A stretch of DNA of 64,000 bases from the human T2T-CHM13v2.0 reference genome, Homo sapiens. The stretch lies in assembly GCF_009914755.1 (NCBI RefSeq), contig NC_060927.1, one strand, 5' to 3'. Below are positions 1 through 14,600 of this stretch, piece after piece. The notes under the pieces are model-generated. The model worked only from the letters and a program-made list of their open reading frames with translations. It made no database searches and had not been told where the DNA came from. Made by a program: the position numbers and the translations under genes. The number at the start of each line of letters is the position of its first letter. Positions within the stretch are counted from its first letter, which is position 1.

Positions 1-42
1 GTTGGCTATGTAAAAGAAGAAAACAAAATAAAATCATTCTTA

Positions 43-327
<285 letters not shown>

Positions 328-1150
328 TTAAATTGTACCTAAGTGTATTTAGTCAAATGTTAGAAATGTACATCTATGTATGAAAAAGTGTTTGACAGGC
401 TTTTGTTAGATGCAAAGCTCTTTACTCAGACTGCGAAGGAGTCTTTAAAAAGCTAGAACTTATTTAATCTACATAATGAAAATTATAAAATCTGTACTTG
501 ATTTTGAGATTTTCTTGCTACATCTACAAGGAATATTATCCATTTTCTCCTCTTCCCTTCCCCCAGAAACTGCTTTCATATAATCACATATTTTTTCCCA
601 AGTTAATTTTATCCAGCAAAGAGGAGTACAATTAAATAATTTGGAATAATACCAAAATAATTTAGGAAGACAAATGTATCCAAGCAGATGATTCGTGTTT
701 TTTTTAAAAAAGCTAATAATGGCAAGAAGATTATATTCCTAAAATTCCTAACACCAACAGTGAGAGAAAATTTGGCATGAACACGAAGGGGTTAATCCTC
801 CAGTGGGGTTCCAATCAATACGTAATGATCTGGCCACACGGATCCAAGTCATGGGATGCTTTGATCCGCACCATGTGGTGCTCGGGGAAGAGTATCTGTT
901 GCACTCACCGATGAACCATATTCTCAAATATTTTCTCTATTATATTTCTGCATCCAGACTTCTTTCAGACAAATTATTTTTACAGTTGTTTCCATAACCT
1001 TAAATTCCATCAGATAGAAATGTAAAGCTAACATTGAGAGTTCTGTTTCGTACTCAAGTGCATTCCCTTCCCGGGAAGGGCTATTTTGCAACTTACTCGA
1101 CTGTCTCTGCCTGACTTTGAACTTCAAGCACAATGAATGATGATTACAAG

Positions 1151-1152
<2 letters not shown>

Positions 1153-1190
<38 letters not shown>
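1153..1190. repeat. (CA)19 microsatellite, (UG)n in FOXP1 pre-mRNA
   Basis: Direct reading. Confidence 0.97.
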
Positions 1191-1192
<2 letters not shown>

Positions 1193-3089
1193 CATACACA
1201 CAAGAGGCCTGTATTTCATTTCATATTGCCATCAGGATGTATATTCATGTATTTTATCAATTTACATTCATAGAGCATATGTACACAAATGCCACTTGTC
1301 CCTGACTTATAACACAACCCACAGTAAGTGTATTATGAACACAAACCAAGGAGCATAAAAAGTAAACACACAGACACACAGAACTACACCTGATCAAAGA
1401 TCATTACGTCTCCCTATGACTTCTGAATAATTTTGCTGGAAATCTAATATAATTTAAAGATAATAACAAGCTATTTTGCCCTACCACAGAAAATAGGTCT
1501 TAGAATAAAAAAAAAGGAAAAGAAAAAGAAAAAAAGGTAGAAAAACAACTTGTAAAAATACAGAAAGGTGCCCCTCATACAAGAAAGGAATAAAACAAGG
1601 GAACTCAAGTAGCTATAGTGAGATTTATGAAGCCAAACAATAAAAGGATATTCTCTAAGCAGTTAACAGGGTAAAACTGCATTGGACTCAAGGAAAGAAT
1701 TACTACCTATTTGTGTTCATCTTCAGATCTGTGAATGAATAAAATAGAAATGCAAAAATAGAATTTTAAGAATTTACTAACAGTATTACAAATGAAAGAA
1801 TACTTCAACAGTAGTAGAATTCTCAGATATTCTAAGAGGGAAGAAAATAATTTAAAAAGAAAACTTTTAATCCACAGCTTAAAAAGAAAAGAAAAATATT
1901 CCAACTTTAATAATTATTTTCTTTAGCAATTTTATTAAGATTTAACTATTCTTATAACTTTAAAAGAGTAATATATTGTTATTGTAGAAAACTTGAAAAT
2001 CCTGAAAAGAAAAAAAAAACCTACCTTCAAATACATACACACTTGATAAGGCACGAATATTTATATCATTCTTTTATATTTAACATAATTCTGTAAATAC
2101 TTTCTCATGTTCTCAACTCATCTTCAAGAACCTTATTTACTGATGGGTAATAGTCTATCACGTATCAACTTAACTCTAGTTATATGCCAAAATTTAACCA
2201 TTCCTCTATTTTGGACATTGAGTTTCTCTTCATGTTTGTTATATTTGTAGATAATGTTAGAAATAAAATTTACCAGCTTAAACATGCCAATATTATCACA
2301 ACTGACTGCTACCAGAAGATACATTCAGAGAAATAGAATCACTCAATTAATGAGTACCAAAATTTAACACTGTGAATATTCTATCAAGTTGCTCTTGAAA
2401 AATGCTACATGCCGAGCACACTCTTAGCCAGTATACATATTTTGTGTGATTTTTTCAATTTGGAAACCAGGAACCTGAACTAGTTAGGATGAAAAATTAA
2501 TATTACTAGTTAAGAACTGTAAGTGGTTAAACGGCTGTGCTTCCTGGGTTAAGCTGGGAGTGTTCTGAAAATAATAACATGAGAGAAAATAATAATATGC
2601 ATTCACTAGCAGGGTTTTGGACTCGAAATGTGTAGAATTTAACACGATGTTTGCTGTTCCCCTTCCTGTTTGTAGTTAACTGACTTGTGAAGGATCCAAG
2701 ATCTGAATAAAACTATTCACATCTAAGAATTTACTTTTAGTTCAACTTGTTATCCCTATACTTCAAAGGACAGATAACGACACACTAGGGCCTTAGAACG
2801 CAATCAGTTATACCTGAAGTCTAAAGAAACTCATACTCGTCACACACGGGTACAATTACACATTCAGAAGACCGCTTGTGAATTTGTCTCTTAGTTAAAA
2901 AAATTTCTTTATTATGAAAAAATTACATGCTCTTGTTTTCACAAGTTCACATATTAAACTGCAGTGGTTCCCGAAGGAAGTGCACCCCCACACCCCAACC
3001 TAGGCATCATTTACCATTCGGGTTTATATTGCATTTCTAACACATTATTATTTTAAAACATGGAAACATCCTGTACACACTGTTGTCAT

Positions 3090-3340
3090 TTGCTTTTCAT
3101 ATTTAATATATAACTGGATACTTTTAAATACACAATTGTCTGAAATAAAGTGTTTGGCTTTGGAAGGAGAGAGAACAAGCTGGCAGAGGTGCCTCGATAG
3201 CATCTTTTTGGAAAGATACCTAAGAAACTGGAACAACTGTTGCCTCTGGGGAGGGGTACAGGGAGTCAGGAGTAGCAGGGAAACTCAGTTTTCACCATAC
3301 TTCTTACATCTTTTGAAGTTTTAATTTTGCACATTGTAGG
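3090..3340 (+). mobile_element. Old L1 (L1ME-like) 3' fragment
   Basis: Resembles L1ME 3' UTR motifs (gttgcctctggggagggg...ttttcacc...ttttgaagtttt). Heavily diverged, boundaries approximate. Confidence 0.4.
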
Positions 3341-4046
3341 AACTGTTGCTGTGCAATTGTTAATTTTTTTGCACACATATGTGTGTTTGCATATATGTAT
3401 GTAGTAGAAAAAGAATCAAGTGCTATGCAGGACTTGATTTCCAGTCTGCTGAGTGCTCTAACAGTGGCACAATGAATACCACACACCCGCTGCATGTGTG
3501 GCTGGGACTCGCTTCTAGCTTTGCAGTCGTTCTGTATGAAGCATCATTGGACAACACCAGCTGCACCTCTGAATGGGAGCTTTTCTGTTTTCTCAAAAAA
3601 GTGGAACAAGCATTTATATTCTTACTGCCTTTTGGGTCGTGCCAAAAAAGACAAGAAGGGAAATAAAAATGAGGAGAATAATGTTTTTATCTTGAATTAA
3701 TTTAGAGCTACATTTACAGGATGAAACATGGTGGGAAAAGGATGATTTGGGCATCTGATGGTAAATAAAGCAGTGAGCCTAATCATTTAGATAAATTATT
3801 CAAGGGTAAACTCACCAATGTGTAAAGTATCATTTCTGAAAAGCTGTCAGGGTCAGTGATGAAAATAGATACATTTTCTTTTTAAAAGATTTAAACATGT
3901 TTGTCAAAATTAGACTTCTAAAACTTTAGGGTCAATTGTTTAATAAGGTGTATTTTACCACAAACTCCCAGGTTGAATATTCCTAGGGGCAGGGATCACT
4001 TTTTCGGCTCCATATACTCAGTACCTCCGACAGAACATAGGTTTGA

Positions 4047-4343
4047 GTTCGGGGGCGGTGGCTCACGCCTGTAATTCCAGCACTTTGGGAGGCCGCAGTG
4101 TGTGGATCATTTAAGGTGAGGAGTTTGAGACCTGCCTGGCCAACATGGTGAAACCCTGTCTCTACTAAAAAATACAAAAATTAGTCAGGTGTGGTGGTGG
4201 GCACCTATAATCCCAGCTACTCAGGAGTCTGAGGCAGGAGAATCGCTTGAACCTGGGAGGCAGAGGTTGCAGTGAGCCCGATTGCACCACTGCACTCCAG
4301 CCTGGGCGACAGATGACAGAGCGAGACACGGTCCCCCCCCCAA

Positions 4344-4374
<31 letters not shown>

Positions 4375-4380
4375 CATAAA
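4047..4380 (+). mobile_element. Alu (AluS-like) with (CAAAA)n tail, inserted in an L2 3' end
   Basis: GGTGGCTCACGCCTGTAAT head, A-rich linker, second arm and tail. Confidence 0.95.
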
Positions 4381-5534
4381 ACCACGGGCTTGATGAATGT
4401 TAGGTGGATTTATGAATGAACAGACAGTAAATATATTGTTCTATTTCATTTCTGTGTGGCTATACATTCAACTGGTGTTGGCCTTTTTAAAAATGTCTTG
4501 TAGGTAAAGACCAGAATTATGCAAAGCTACATGAGAAACTATCGTTATGACACTTTCTATTATTTAATTTTATTCTGAATATATAAAACACAGATAGTAT
4601 GCATTTGAGAAAAGCCAGTTAATTTAAATTTCTCTTGATAATCCTTGATATGTAAAAATTAAATATAATTTTAACACAAAAATAGTGATAGCATTTCAGA
4701 TTAGAAAGAACCAACTTGCATGAAAAGTATAATTACATATAAATATGTAATAATTTCTGACATTAAATGATACCAAATCCAGTATATATTCAGTAGGATA
4801 TAAGGGTGTCATTTTCAATGACAGTTAAGTAGGATATTTTGTTCTATTTATTTTTTTCTGCATCAAAGTATACCACCCAAGGTCTTCACTTCAACACTGA
4901 CCTTAGTTTTTGAGACAATTTTATATAATGGTTATGGTTCCTTATGACATTTCATGGTTATATTCCCAAGGTCACTACTTAACCAAAGCTTCAAACTGGA
5001 ATTACTAAATCCACCTGCTAAATAAGGACAACTTCTCAACTCTGCTGTCTGCAGTCTTTAGTGATCCTTACACTGTTAGTCCTGTAAGCTAATTTCCCCT
5101 GTGGTAACTAAGAGGGAAGAATTTCTGAAGGAGATGAAGCAAAGAGTGACCTTGCTATCTGCCAAGCCATTTCCTGCCAACTGAAATGCCAGTTTTCCCT
5201 TCACCTGAAGGCAGATTCCGAGCTTTTCCTGTGCACTGACCCAAGTTCTCATCTGTCTTTTAAGTATCCCCTTAATTTTTCTTCCCTTTTCCAAATCTGC
5301 CTCTTTCCAAATTTGCCTTGTTTTCCTCCTCTCCAAATTTCTGATTCATCTGCAGCAAAAGGCTACGTACATCTGTGCCCATTACGGTTTATGCCTCCCC
5401 ACAAACACCAAAAAAACGAAATCCTGCCTAAATTATAAACTGTATTTTATTTCACTGGCATGTTATTTGATAAATTAAATTACAGAAGACTATGTTGGTT
5501 GTTCTCCACTCACTCAAAATTGTGGAAATACATT

Positions 5535-6730
5535 TTTCAAGTTTTACTGAGTTATAGTTTACATATCATACAATTCACTCACTTAAAGTGCATAATTCAA
5601 TATTCACGGAGTTGTGTAACCATCATCACCAACTAATTTTGGAACATTTTTATCATCCCTCAAAAGAAATCCTGTACCCATTAGCAGTCATTCCCCATTT
5701 CCTCCCAACTCCCAGCCCTTGCCAATCCCTAATCTTTCTGTCTCTAGAGGTGTGTCTATTTTGGACATTTCACATCAAGGGAATCATACAGTATATGTTC
5801 TTTTATGCCTGGCTTCTTTCACTTCCCATAATCCTCGGAGTTTCATTCGTTTACACTGTAGCATTTACTAGTACTTTATTCCTTTTTGTAGCTGAATAGT
5901 ATTCCATTGTACATACATAGCACATTTATCCATTCATCTGTTGATGAACATTTGGGCTATTTCCACATTTTGGCTATTGCGAGTAGTGCTGGTATGAAGG
6001 TGTATGTACATGTACTCTAAGTATCTGTTTTCAATTTTAGGGGATATCTACCTAGAAGTTGAATTGCTGGGTCCTATGGTAACTCTACGGTTGACATTTG
6101 GAGGAACTTTGAGACCGCTTTCCAAAGCACTTTATATTCTCACCAGCACTGTGTGAGGGTTCTAATTTCTCCACGTCCTTGCCAATACTTGTTACGTATC
6201 TTTATTCCAGCCATCCTCACAGCTAGGAAATGGTACCTTATTGTGCTTTTGATTGAATTTCCCTAATGATTAATGAGGCTGCACATATTTTCATGTGCTT
6301 ACTGCTATGTGTGTATCTTCTACAGCAAAATGTCTATTACGAGCCTTTGCCTATTTTTTAATTGGGCTGTTTTTTGCAAATATTTACTCCTGTTTTGTGG
6401 GTTATCTTTTTACTTTCTTTACGGTGTGCTTTAAAGCACAAACATTTTGAATTCTGATGAGGTCCAATTTATATATTTTTTCTTTGGCTCCTTCTGTTTT
6501 TGGTGTTACATCTCAGAAACCATTGCCTAAACTCAAGGTAACAAAGAGTTACTTCTAGCTTTGCTTTAAAGAACTTTATAGCTTTAGCTTTCACATTTAA
6601 GCCTATGGTCTGTTTTAAGTTAATTTTTGCATATGATATGAGTCAGGGGTCCAAGTTCATTTTTTTTAATGTTGTCCCAGCACCATTTGATAAAAACACT
6701 ACTCTATCCCCAATGAATGGTTTGATAAAA
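5535..6730 (-). mobile_element. L1 (L1MA/L1MB-type) 3' fragment, ~1.2 kb
   Basis: Antisense L1M 3' end signatures: ttcactcacttaaagtgcataattca, ttgtgtaaccatcatcac, gaattgctgggtcctatggtaactcta, gggttctaatttctccacgtccttgccaa. Confidence 0.85.
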
Positions 6731-9700
6731 GTATCAAACCATTACTTTTGTCAAAATGAACGTAAATGTAAGCGTTGGCATTTTTTAAATTTCACTTTTC
6801 TTAGATTTCTTTTTCCCCAACATACTGCTCATGTTTTCAAAAGAATTTATAGTTAAAATTATATAACAACTTTTGAAATTACATTAAGCTATAAAATAAC
6901 TTTTGAGGTTTGACGGGTAGGGGGAGAGATAGGTTTTTAATAAAAATAAAACCATAGCAGCTGAACTTTTTGAAGAATAAGTGCCTAAGGGCAACTTTGT
7001 TTCCCAGATCCTGTTGATCCTTTGTGTACTGAAAAACCTTTGCAGAATGAATGTGCTATGTGGCTTTCTCTGCTTAACATGTAAATGGAGTGTAACTGTT
7101 CCTTTTACTGAGGGCCAGCACTATTTCCCTATAGGAATGGTTGGGAGCATAGTGTTGGGAGGCCTCATTTGTCATGATAGCTCTGCTTGTAACCAGGAAT
7201 CCTGCGAGTCCTTTCACTGCTCTGCCCTCCAATTCCCTCATTTGAAAGCTGAAGAGAATCACACAAGAGCTCCTCCCAGTGGTAAAACCTCCACCAAACT
7301 TCCACCAAGGATATGCAGATGGCATAGGGAACAGGCACCAATGGCACATCCTGGTATTGACAAGATGAATAAGGAGTAGGTGCTGAATGGAAATCCATTA
7401 AAGGAATGAATGAAGCCCCTCAGGAAGGAGTATCGGTGTCTTCATCATGGCTGTGGAGCAGGGGGCTGGTTGCTATTCCCCTCTCACTCATCCCTGACCC
7501 ACAGCAAATACACAAACCAAAAGGCACTATGCATCCCCTTTCCCACCTCCTTTGACTTAAAAGCTGTTCTGCCTCCCTCCCTTCCCCCACTGGCCACCTT
7601 CTTCATTCCCACCATTTAGGACTTTCATCCGTCCAGCCAACATTTATGAACTCCGACCCTGAGACAGGCACCGAGCATACTCATCAGTAAGGCTGCTTTG
7701 TTGACAAAAGACTTCCATGTCTCTCTTTGTCTGTTATCCTTCCAAATTATTTGGTCTCATGTCCATGTGCACAACTTTATGTCAACCTAACAACACTGTA
7801 AGCCACAGAATCCTCCTTTTTCAGGTCCATCCCAGCCTGTGATTTTTGTCTGCACGGTAAGAGACTGCTTATTCCCAGCCAAAACATTACATTAAATCAG
7901 ACACCTTGGGTTTCTAGAAAGCTGTTCTCTTCATATACAATTTTAGCCCTATCTACTAATAAAGAGTGTCTTAAGCTACACTTACGCTACAATGGCAGGC
8001 ATCGATGGAAGCCACTACTATTTTAAAGCTTTCAGATTTATTTGCTGATTCTTCAATGACAGCTTATACAAAATGATCCTACTTTCCCTTTTCTCTCTTC
8101 ACTTTTTAGTTCTTATCACATTTCCCTGCCTGTGACTCTGTTATCATAGCTTACTTTCAATGAGATTGTACCGAACCATATCATGTACTTCTTAGGTTTG
8201 AAGATGGGAATACGAATTTGATCCGAGAATATTCTAGTGATGAGGTCCTATCTGAAAATATAATCAGACTTCTGATTTGAAATTACTAAATTTACAAAAA
8301 CTAATTGCTATCAAATATTTGTGAAATATTTGATCATTAGCTCGAATGAAATATGCTCAGTCACACAAAATGATACCAAACTAGACGAGCTGGCCTTGAA
8401 ACTTGATCGCAACGACCTTTTCTAAGAAGAGCAAGGTAGATTCACAATCTCAAAGAGATGATTCCTTAAATACTTAGCACCACTTTCCACTTTACAGTGT
8501 ATTCTTCTGGCGTTTTTCATACTGTTGTATATCCCCTCGAAATCAGCTGGAAATCAGCTGGAAAAGAAATCACAATCTCTTGCAGAAAACAGAACGACAG
8601 GTAAAGTTTCTTCACATTCCATACTGTAGCATCGGAGGAAAAGGTCTTACACCTGCCCAAAGACGAGCAGATGAAACGTGGGAACAGGAGAAACGACGAT
8701 GCAAGGGCCGCATGCGTTTCCCTGGCAGCTTTGTAAAAATGACCTTTCTCCTTCAACTGTCACTGAAAACACTTTGAGAAGCAGATGGGCTTCTTATTTC
8801 ACACCGAAGAGTTGGGAGACAACTTAGACACTGCATTTCTAGCACACTGCCTTAATTTTCACTTCTCACTCACTGCAGAAAAACACCACCCTACATGTTT
8901 ATTAATCAGTTTTCCAAAAGTAAGTTGACAATGGGTCCTGTAATCCTCCCACAAAGAGAAGGGTGTTTTATTAAAGCCTATTAAAGGGCCTACCCTAGAG
9001 TGAATAAGGATGGAGTTCTCTACAAACTGTAACAAACACACATGCTTCTCCCTTTCTCTCTCACGCAGGGAATCCTTGACTCTCCTTCCCCAGAACGCTC
9101 ATCATCTCAATTTTCTGCTGCTTTTCAAATCATGTTTAATTAGAGGATTTCACATTCCCATGTGATACGATATTCATGAGTAAAACTTGCAATTGGAGTG
9201 ACTGTGAATTAGTCTATTAAGTGCCAGATTTGTGATTTTAAACAATGATGGAGATTATTGTTATTATCTGCTCTCAATATTGTGCTCTGAGATGTGAGGA
9301 CTACCTTAACTAACTTTACATCTGAAATACAAGCTATTAACCATTTATGTCCAGACTTAGTTTTTGTTCCCCCCTTCTTTCTTGATTTGCAAATTATGCT
9401 GGGAGAAATAAGAGAGTTATTTTTCTATAGTGGTCCTCAGGGCATGGCTCATGGCCAGTGGTGTGCTGGGTGGGTTTGCATGGTATACCCTCACTTCCAT
9501 AGTTCTGGACTTATATTCATCTGCGTTGGATAAAGTTTTTACGAGTACATCAGAAACATGATTTCTCAGTAGTTACTTTTTATACAACCTATTTAAACGA
9601 GACGATTTATGAAAAATATGAAGTAGATAGTAGTAATAAGTATATGCAGACAAGCCAAAAATGGAGAATGGCAGGAGAATGACTCAAAGAATGTTGACTG

Positions 9701-9776
9701 GGCCCTAAGGGACTATAAAAACTGTGTCTGGGGAAAAGGGCATACAACCTTCCTTTCCCATTGCTATTCCTAGAGT

Positions 9777-9907
9777 AGTGCTTCTCGAACTTTATTACAG
9801 ATATAAATCCGATTCGGTGGTTCTGGGTGGTGGGGTGGCGCACGACTATGCATGTGGAGTAAGCCCCCAGAGCTGCTGGGCCATGGACCATAACATGAGT
9901 ACCAAGG
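9777..9907. mobile_element. MER5-like hAT-Charlie fragment
   Basis: agtgcttctcgaacttt start and gctgctgggccatggacca..gagtaccaagg end resemble MER5A. Confidence 0.45.
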
Positions 9908-12114
9908 ATCTTGGGTGTTCCCTGATCTGTATCTGACCTAAAAATGTCTATGCTTAAAGAAACAGTCACAAGGATGCCCTCTTTATAACAAGATGGATGG
10001 ACATAGATAAATATGTAAGGGGGTGGCACTGGGCAACCTCCCCAAGTAATTGTTGCAAACTCACAGAAATGCTTGCTGGCTCAAAATTATTTAAAAATTA
10101 ATGCAAGGCTGTATTTCTTTTTTGTTTTTTAAACGTAACAAAACAGGTAAGGCTGAAGGAAGTTAGCACAGGGAAAAGGTCACTTTCTGTTTCTGTTTAA
10201 CAAACACCAATTTTACATCAGCACAGATCTGTTGGGTGATATGGTCAGTGATTAATGTTTACCAGATATTACACTGATCAAGATTATCCCAGAGTAAACT
10301 ACTGAATCAATGAGTTTGAAAACTTCACAGTCCCCAAACTCTAGGTCTGCTTTAAGTATCTTCTAAGCCTGGTTCATATCCCTGAGGATGTATGTGAGGA
10401 AAAGCAGAGTCACAATCAACTTTTTAGGAAGGTTAAGTGACAGTCTTGAATTTTTCTAAGAAATTAGGGTATACTAGGAAGGCAGGGTTTCCATGCACTT
10501 GGCACAGTACCATATTCAGTCAAGGTCCCTTCCCTCTGAAAAATGAGAAAAACCTATGAAAACATACCAACTCATAATATGCACACACTCAGTGGGGTCC
10601 ACACAATGTCAAATGGAGCAAGAAAGCATACTTTGAAGATTTGCAGATGTATCTTAATTTGTAATGGACTAAAATATATCTAGTGTCTCCAACTTCTGAT
10701 TTCACAGATATCATTTCTTAGAATGAGGCTCATTTTATTTAAGAAATGACTTGATTTAAAGAAAATAATACAAATAATCACATAAGCAGACAGGGCAAAC
10801 CTCACAACAATGGGGCGCATATTCAAACGACTCAAGTTTGGAAAAGTAAAAGCTCATAAAGTAGTCCTTGAGGATCCAGTCTGTAGCTGGGTTAACTTCG
10901 CAGGTTGACACTGACAAAGTAGCAAGTCTCTGAAGACGTACTTTAATTTGAATTTTCACAGGGGATGGCAGAGCCTCACGGTCGTTCTGGACTTAGGGGT
11001 CAAAGACCCACAAAGGCCCCAACAGCACAGTGTAGTGTGTCTGATGCTTTTAGGACTAGAGCTTCTTCCTCCAGATTTAAGGGCATCTCATTTGTAAGCT
11101 ATCTATGTGACCAGCAACTGGCTGCTTTACCAATGGTAAGAACCTGAGGCTAGGTGCCACGAAAGGTAGTAAGTCTGGCAGTTATTTTCATCACTAACCA
11201 TGTCACCAATCTCCCCTATCTCCCCCCTTTCCAGCCACACTGGGCAAAATGTGCCATCTTGATTCCCAGATGCCAGGAGTATTTATGTGGCATAGCAGGA
11301 GAACGGAGCAGAGAATCAGAGCTGTAGTACTGGAGGCTGGTTGGTGTGCTTGGATCACAATGCAATCGCAAACAGAGCAGGTGATGACAAGCACAAAATG
11401 CCTGTATTTGCAAGGTGATGAGTGAAGGAATAAATAAAGGAAAAGAACAACAAGAGGCAGAGGTCCATCTTTTGTTTCTGACACCAGTAAGGGCTATTCT
11501 GAGTTTGTAACTAAAAGTTTACCACTGGCAGTATTAACACTGGGATCTCGTTAAGAAAACAGAATGCTTTCCAAAAAGTGGTGTGAGCAACTGTGTCAAT
11601 ACAGACATAGGGATCACTAATCCAAAAGTTATTAACACCATTAGGCAGGCATTCTCATTATGTCAATGCAAGTGTGTTTGCACTGGTGAGTCACAAGGTC
11701 TATGTGGAACCTTGTCCATATGTTAGAGGAACCAATGACACCCAAAAAAACCAACGACCGTAAACAAAGTTCCAATATTAATTCTTATTTTCTTCCCCTC
11801 CCCAGTATGCTATGGAAGTCAGCAAAAGATTTCTAAGAGTTACATCATACTTCAAAAGCAGAACCATACACAAGGGCCAGACCAGAAAGCAGGAGATGAA
11901 GGGACAAGTTAGCCAAAGATACAAAATGGCTCAAAACTATCAGGCACTTGCTTATGTATTTCCTTAGAATTACTCCCTACTTTATGTAATTACATTTATT
12001 TCTCTATAGCACAAGATGCCTCATTAACATTCACTGGGTTAAATTCTTCTCTACATTTAATTCAGCAGATTTAATTAAACACCTACTTTGTGATAATCAT
12101 GTTAGGTTCTTAGA

Positions 12115-12388
12115 TCAGTCTCCAAAACTGGGATGCATATGACCTACATCATATATTTAAGATTTGATATTACATATATGAGTCACAATATTAAGATTTC
12201 TGTATACACATATTAATATTAGAACTTGAAAATGTATATATACATTTCTCACCCTCTTAGCCACCAATTTTTATAACATAAGGAATATATATTAGAAACA
12301 TGTATATAATTAATAAACATACTTAGTAGGGGTACACATTCAACACTTTTATACTGATGGGTAAAAAATCAAGTTTGGTGGTCACTGG
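12115..12388. mobile_element. Non-autonomous hAT-Charlie (MER) element interrupting an L2 3' end
   Basis: Terminal-repeat-like ends cagtctccaaaact and agtttggtggtcactg, with L2-like sequence on both sides. Confidence 0.45.
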
Positions 12389-12837
12389 CATTGACTGCAA
12401 CTTTAAGTAAGTTCTCATCCTCGGAAAGAGTTCTACCCAATTCTCTAGTTGGGGAGACAGTGATAACTGAACAGATGGCTGGAACATAAAGTACTGTAAC
12501 ATTTGATCTGGGCCTTAACGTATCAGTAGGAGCTCAGGTGATGAAAGGAATAGAGTGAGAGCAGAGAACCGAAGCACACACACAAAAAATCTAGGAAGAC
12601 AAAACCAGAGCCCTGATGAATGAAATTAAGGCCAAAATTGAAATTTTTTTTTTAAATTTTGCTCCATAAAATAGCTTATATTGGGCCACAGTCTTGAGAA
12701 TTTTTCTCTCTGAAATGTTGAGTCTTGGCTCTGAAACCTGTATTTTCCTAAGTAATGGTAATCCAGATCACTTATCCGTCACTTTGAACTTCGGTAGAAT
12801 GCCACACCATAAGGATACCAGGTGGGGACGTTGTAAG

Positions 12838-13000
12838 GCAGTGGTTCTCAGAGTACGGGTCTGGAACTTGTAAAAGATGCAAATGTGGGGGCCCCACCCC
12901 AATTTACTGAATCAGAAACACTAAGGGTGGGGCCCAGTAGCCTGTATTTTAGCCATTCCTCCAGGGGGATTCTGAGGCAAGCTAAAGATTGAGATGTACT
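12838..13000. mobile_element. MER5A DNA transposon fossil
   Basis: cagtggttctca...gatgcaaat..gggccccacccc..tactgaatcagaaac..gggtggggcccag core palindrome. Confidence 0.8.
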
Positions 13001-13077
13001 TGTAGCAGAAACTTAAGTTTTCTCATGGTTTGGAGCAGCTACAGGTATCGACAACAGCTAACCAGGTTCTCTTACAG

Positions 13078-13604
13078 AAGTGCTCGCCAACCTTTTTGGC
13101 ACCAGGGACTGGTTTCATGGAAGACAATTTTTCCAGGAACTGGGGGGCAGGGAATAGTTTCGGGATGATTCAAGCACATAATATTTATCATGCATTTATT
13201 TCTATTATTATTACATTGTAACATATAATGAAATAATTTTACAACTCACCCTAACGTAGAATCAGTTGGGAGCCCCGAGCTTATTTTCCTACAAATATAG
13301 ACAGTCCCATGTGGGGGTAATGGGAGACAGTGACAGATCATTGGGCATTAGATTCTCATAAGGAGCACACAACCTAGATTCCTTGCATGTGTGGTTCACA
13401 ATAGGATTCACGCTCCTGTGAGAATCTAATGCCTCGCTGATCTGATAGGAGGCGAAGCTCAGGTGGTAATGTGAGCGATGGGGAGCGGCTGTAAATACAG
13501 ATGGAACTTCACTCACTCACGTGCCTCACCTCCTGCCGTGTGCCCTAATTCCTAACAGACCATAGACCAGTACCAGTCTGTGAACTGGGGTTTGGGGACC
13601 CCTG
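13078..13604. mobile_element. Full-length MER1A-type hAT-Charlie element (527 bp) with 8-bp target-site duplication
   Basis: Terminal inverted repeats (aagtgctcgccaacc / ggtttggggacccctg), internal MER1 motifs (cattagattctcataaggagc), and an identical TSD TCTTACAG at 13070-13077 and 13605-13612. Confidence 0.88.
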
Positions 13605-13884
13605 TCTTACAGCACCTGTGGCCAAAGAGTGGCAAGTATAGAAGTACTCTTAATGGGTTCTTGACCTTTGACATCTCATTAGTTCACTTTCTTCTGAACA
13701 TTTCATGTAGTCTCTGCAATGAAATTTAGGGCCTACTATATGCCAGGCTGGCTTGTGCTGGGTGATGGGGATGTGGCAATGGACAAGAGAGTTAAAACCT
13801 TTCCCTTACAGCATTCATTGTGTTAGAAAATCTCATGTGAGGCAGATGTAGGGGGAACATACACACACTATGATGTTCCACTAG

Positions 13885-14295
<411 letters not shown>

Positions 14296-14419
14296 TGATT
14301 AGCTGTGAGTTCCTGAAGGGGAAGAACTACATTGTGGTCATCTTTTAATTCCCAGAATCTACAGAGTTATTATATAATACATGCTCAATACGTGTGGTAT
14401 GAATGAATAAATAGCTTTA

Positions 14420-14600
14420 ATAATAATTAACAATAAGTTAATATTTATTGAGGACCTACTATGTGCTCAGCAACTAAAACATATATTAACTCATTTAATC
14501 CTCACAATTTGATCTAAGACGAGGTAAGGGCTGGTAGCATACCCGATTCAGGGGTGGGAAACTGAGGCACACCAAGCTCAAGTAACTTAAGTAGAGCAGC
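14420..14600 (-). mobile_element. MIR fragment, flanked by L2 fragments
   Basis: atttattgag..ctactatgtgc, tcatttaatcctcacaa, gaaactgaggcac core. Confidence 0.7.

Noticed and set aside
1707-1765. Strong acceptor-like tract (AG at 1730-1729) with a possible 22-nt microexon
   Set aside because: The donor TAG|GTAGTA is weak and the tract lies in A-rich, probably L1-derived sequence.
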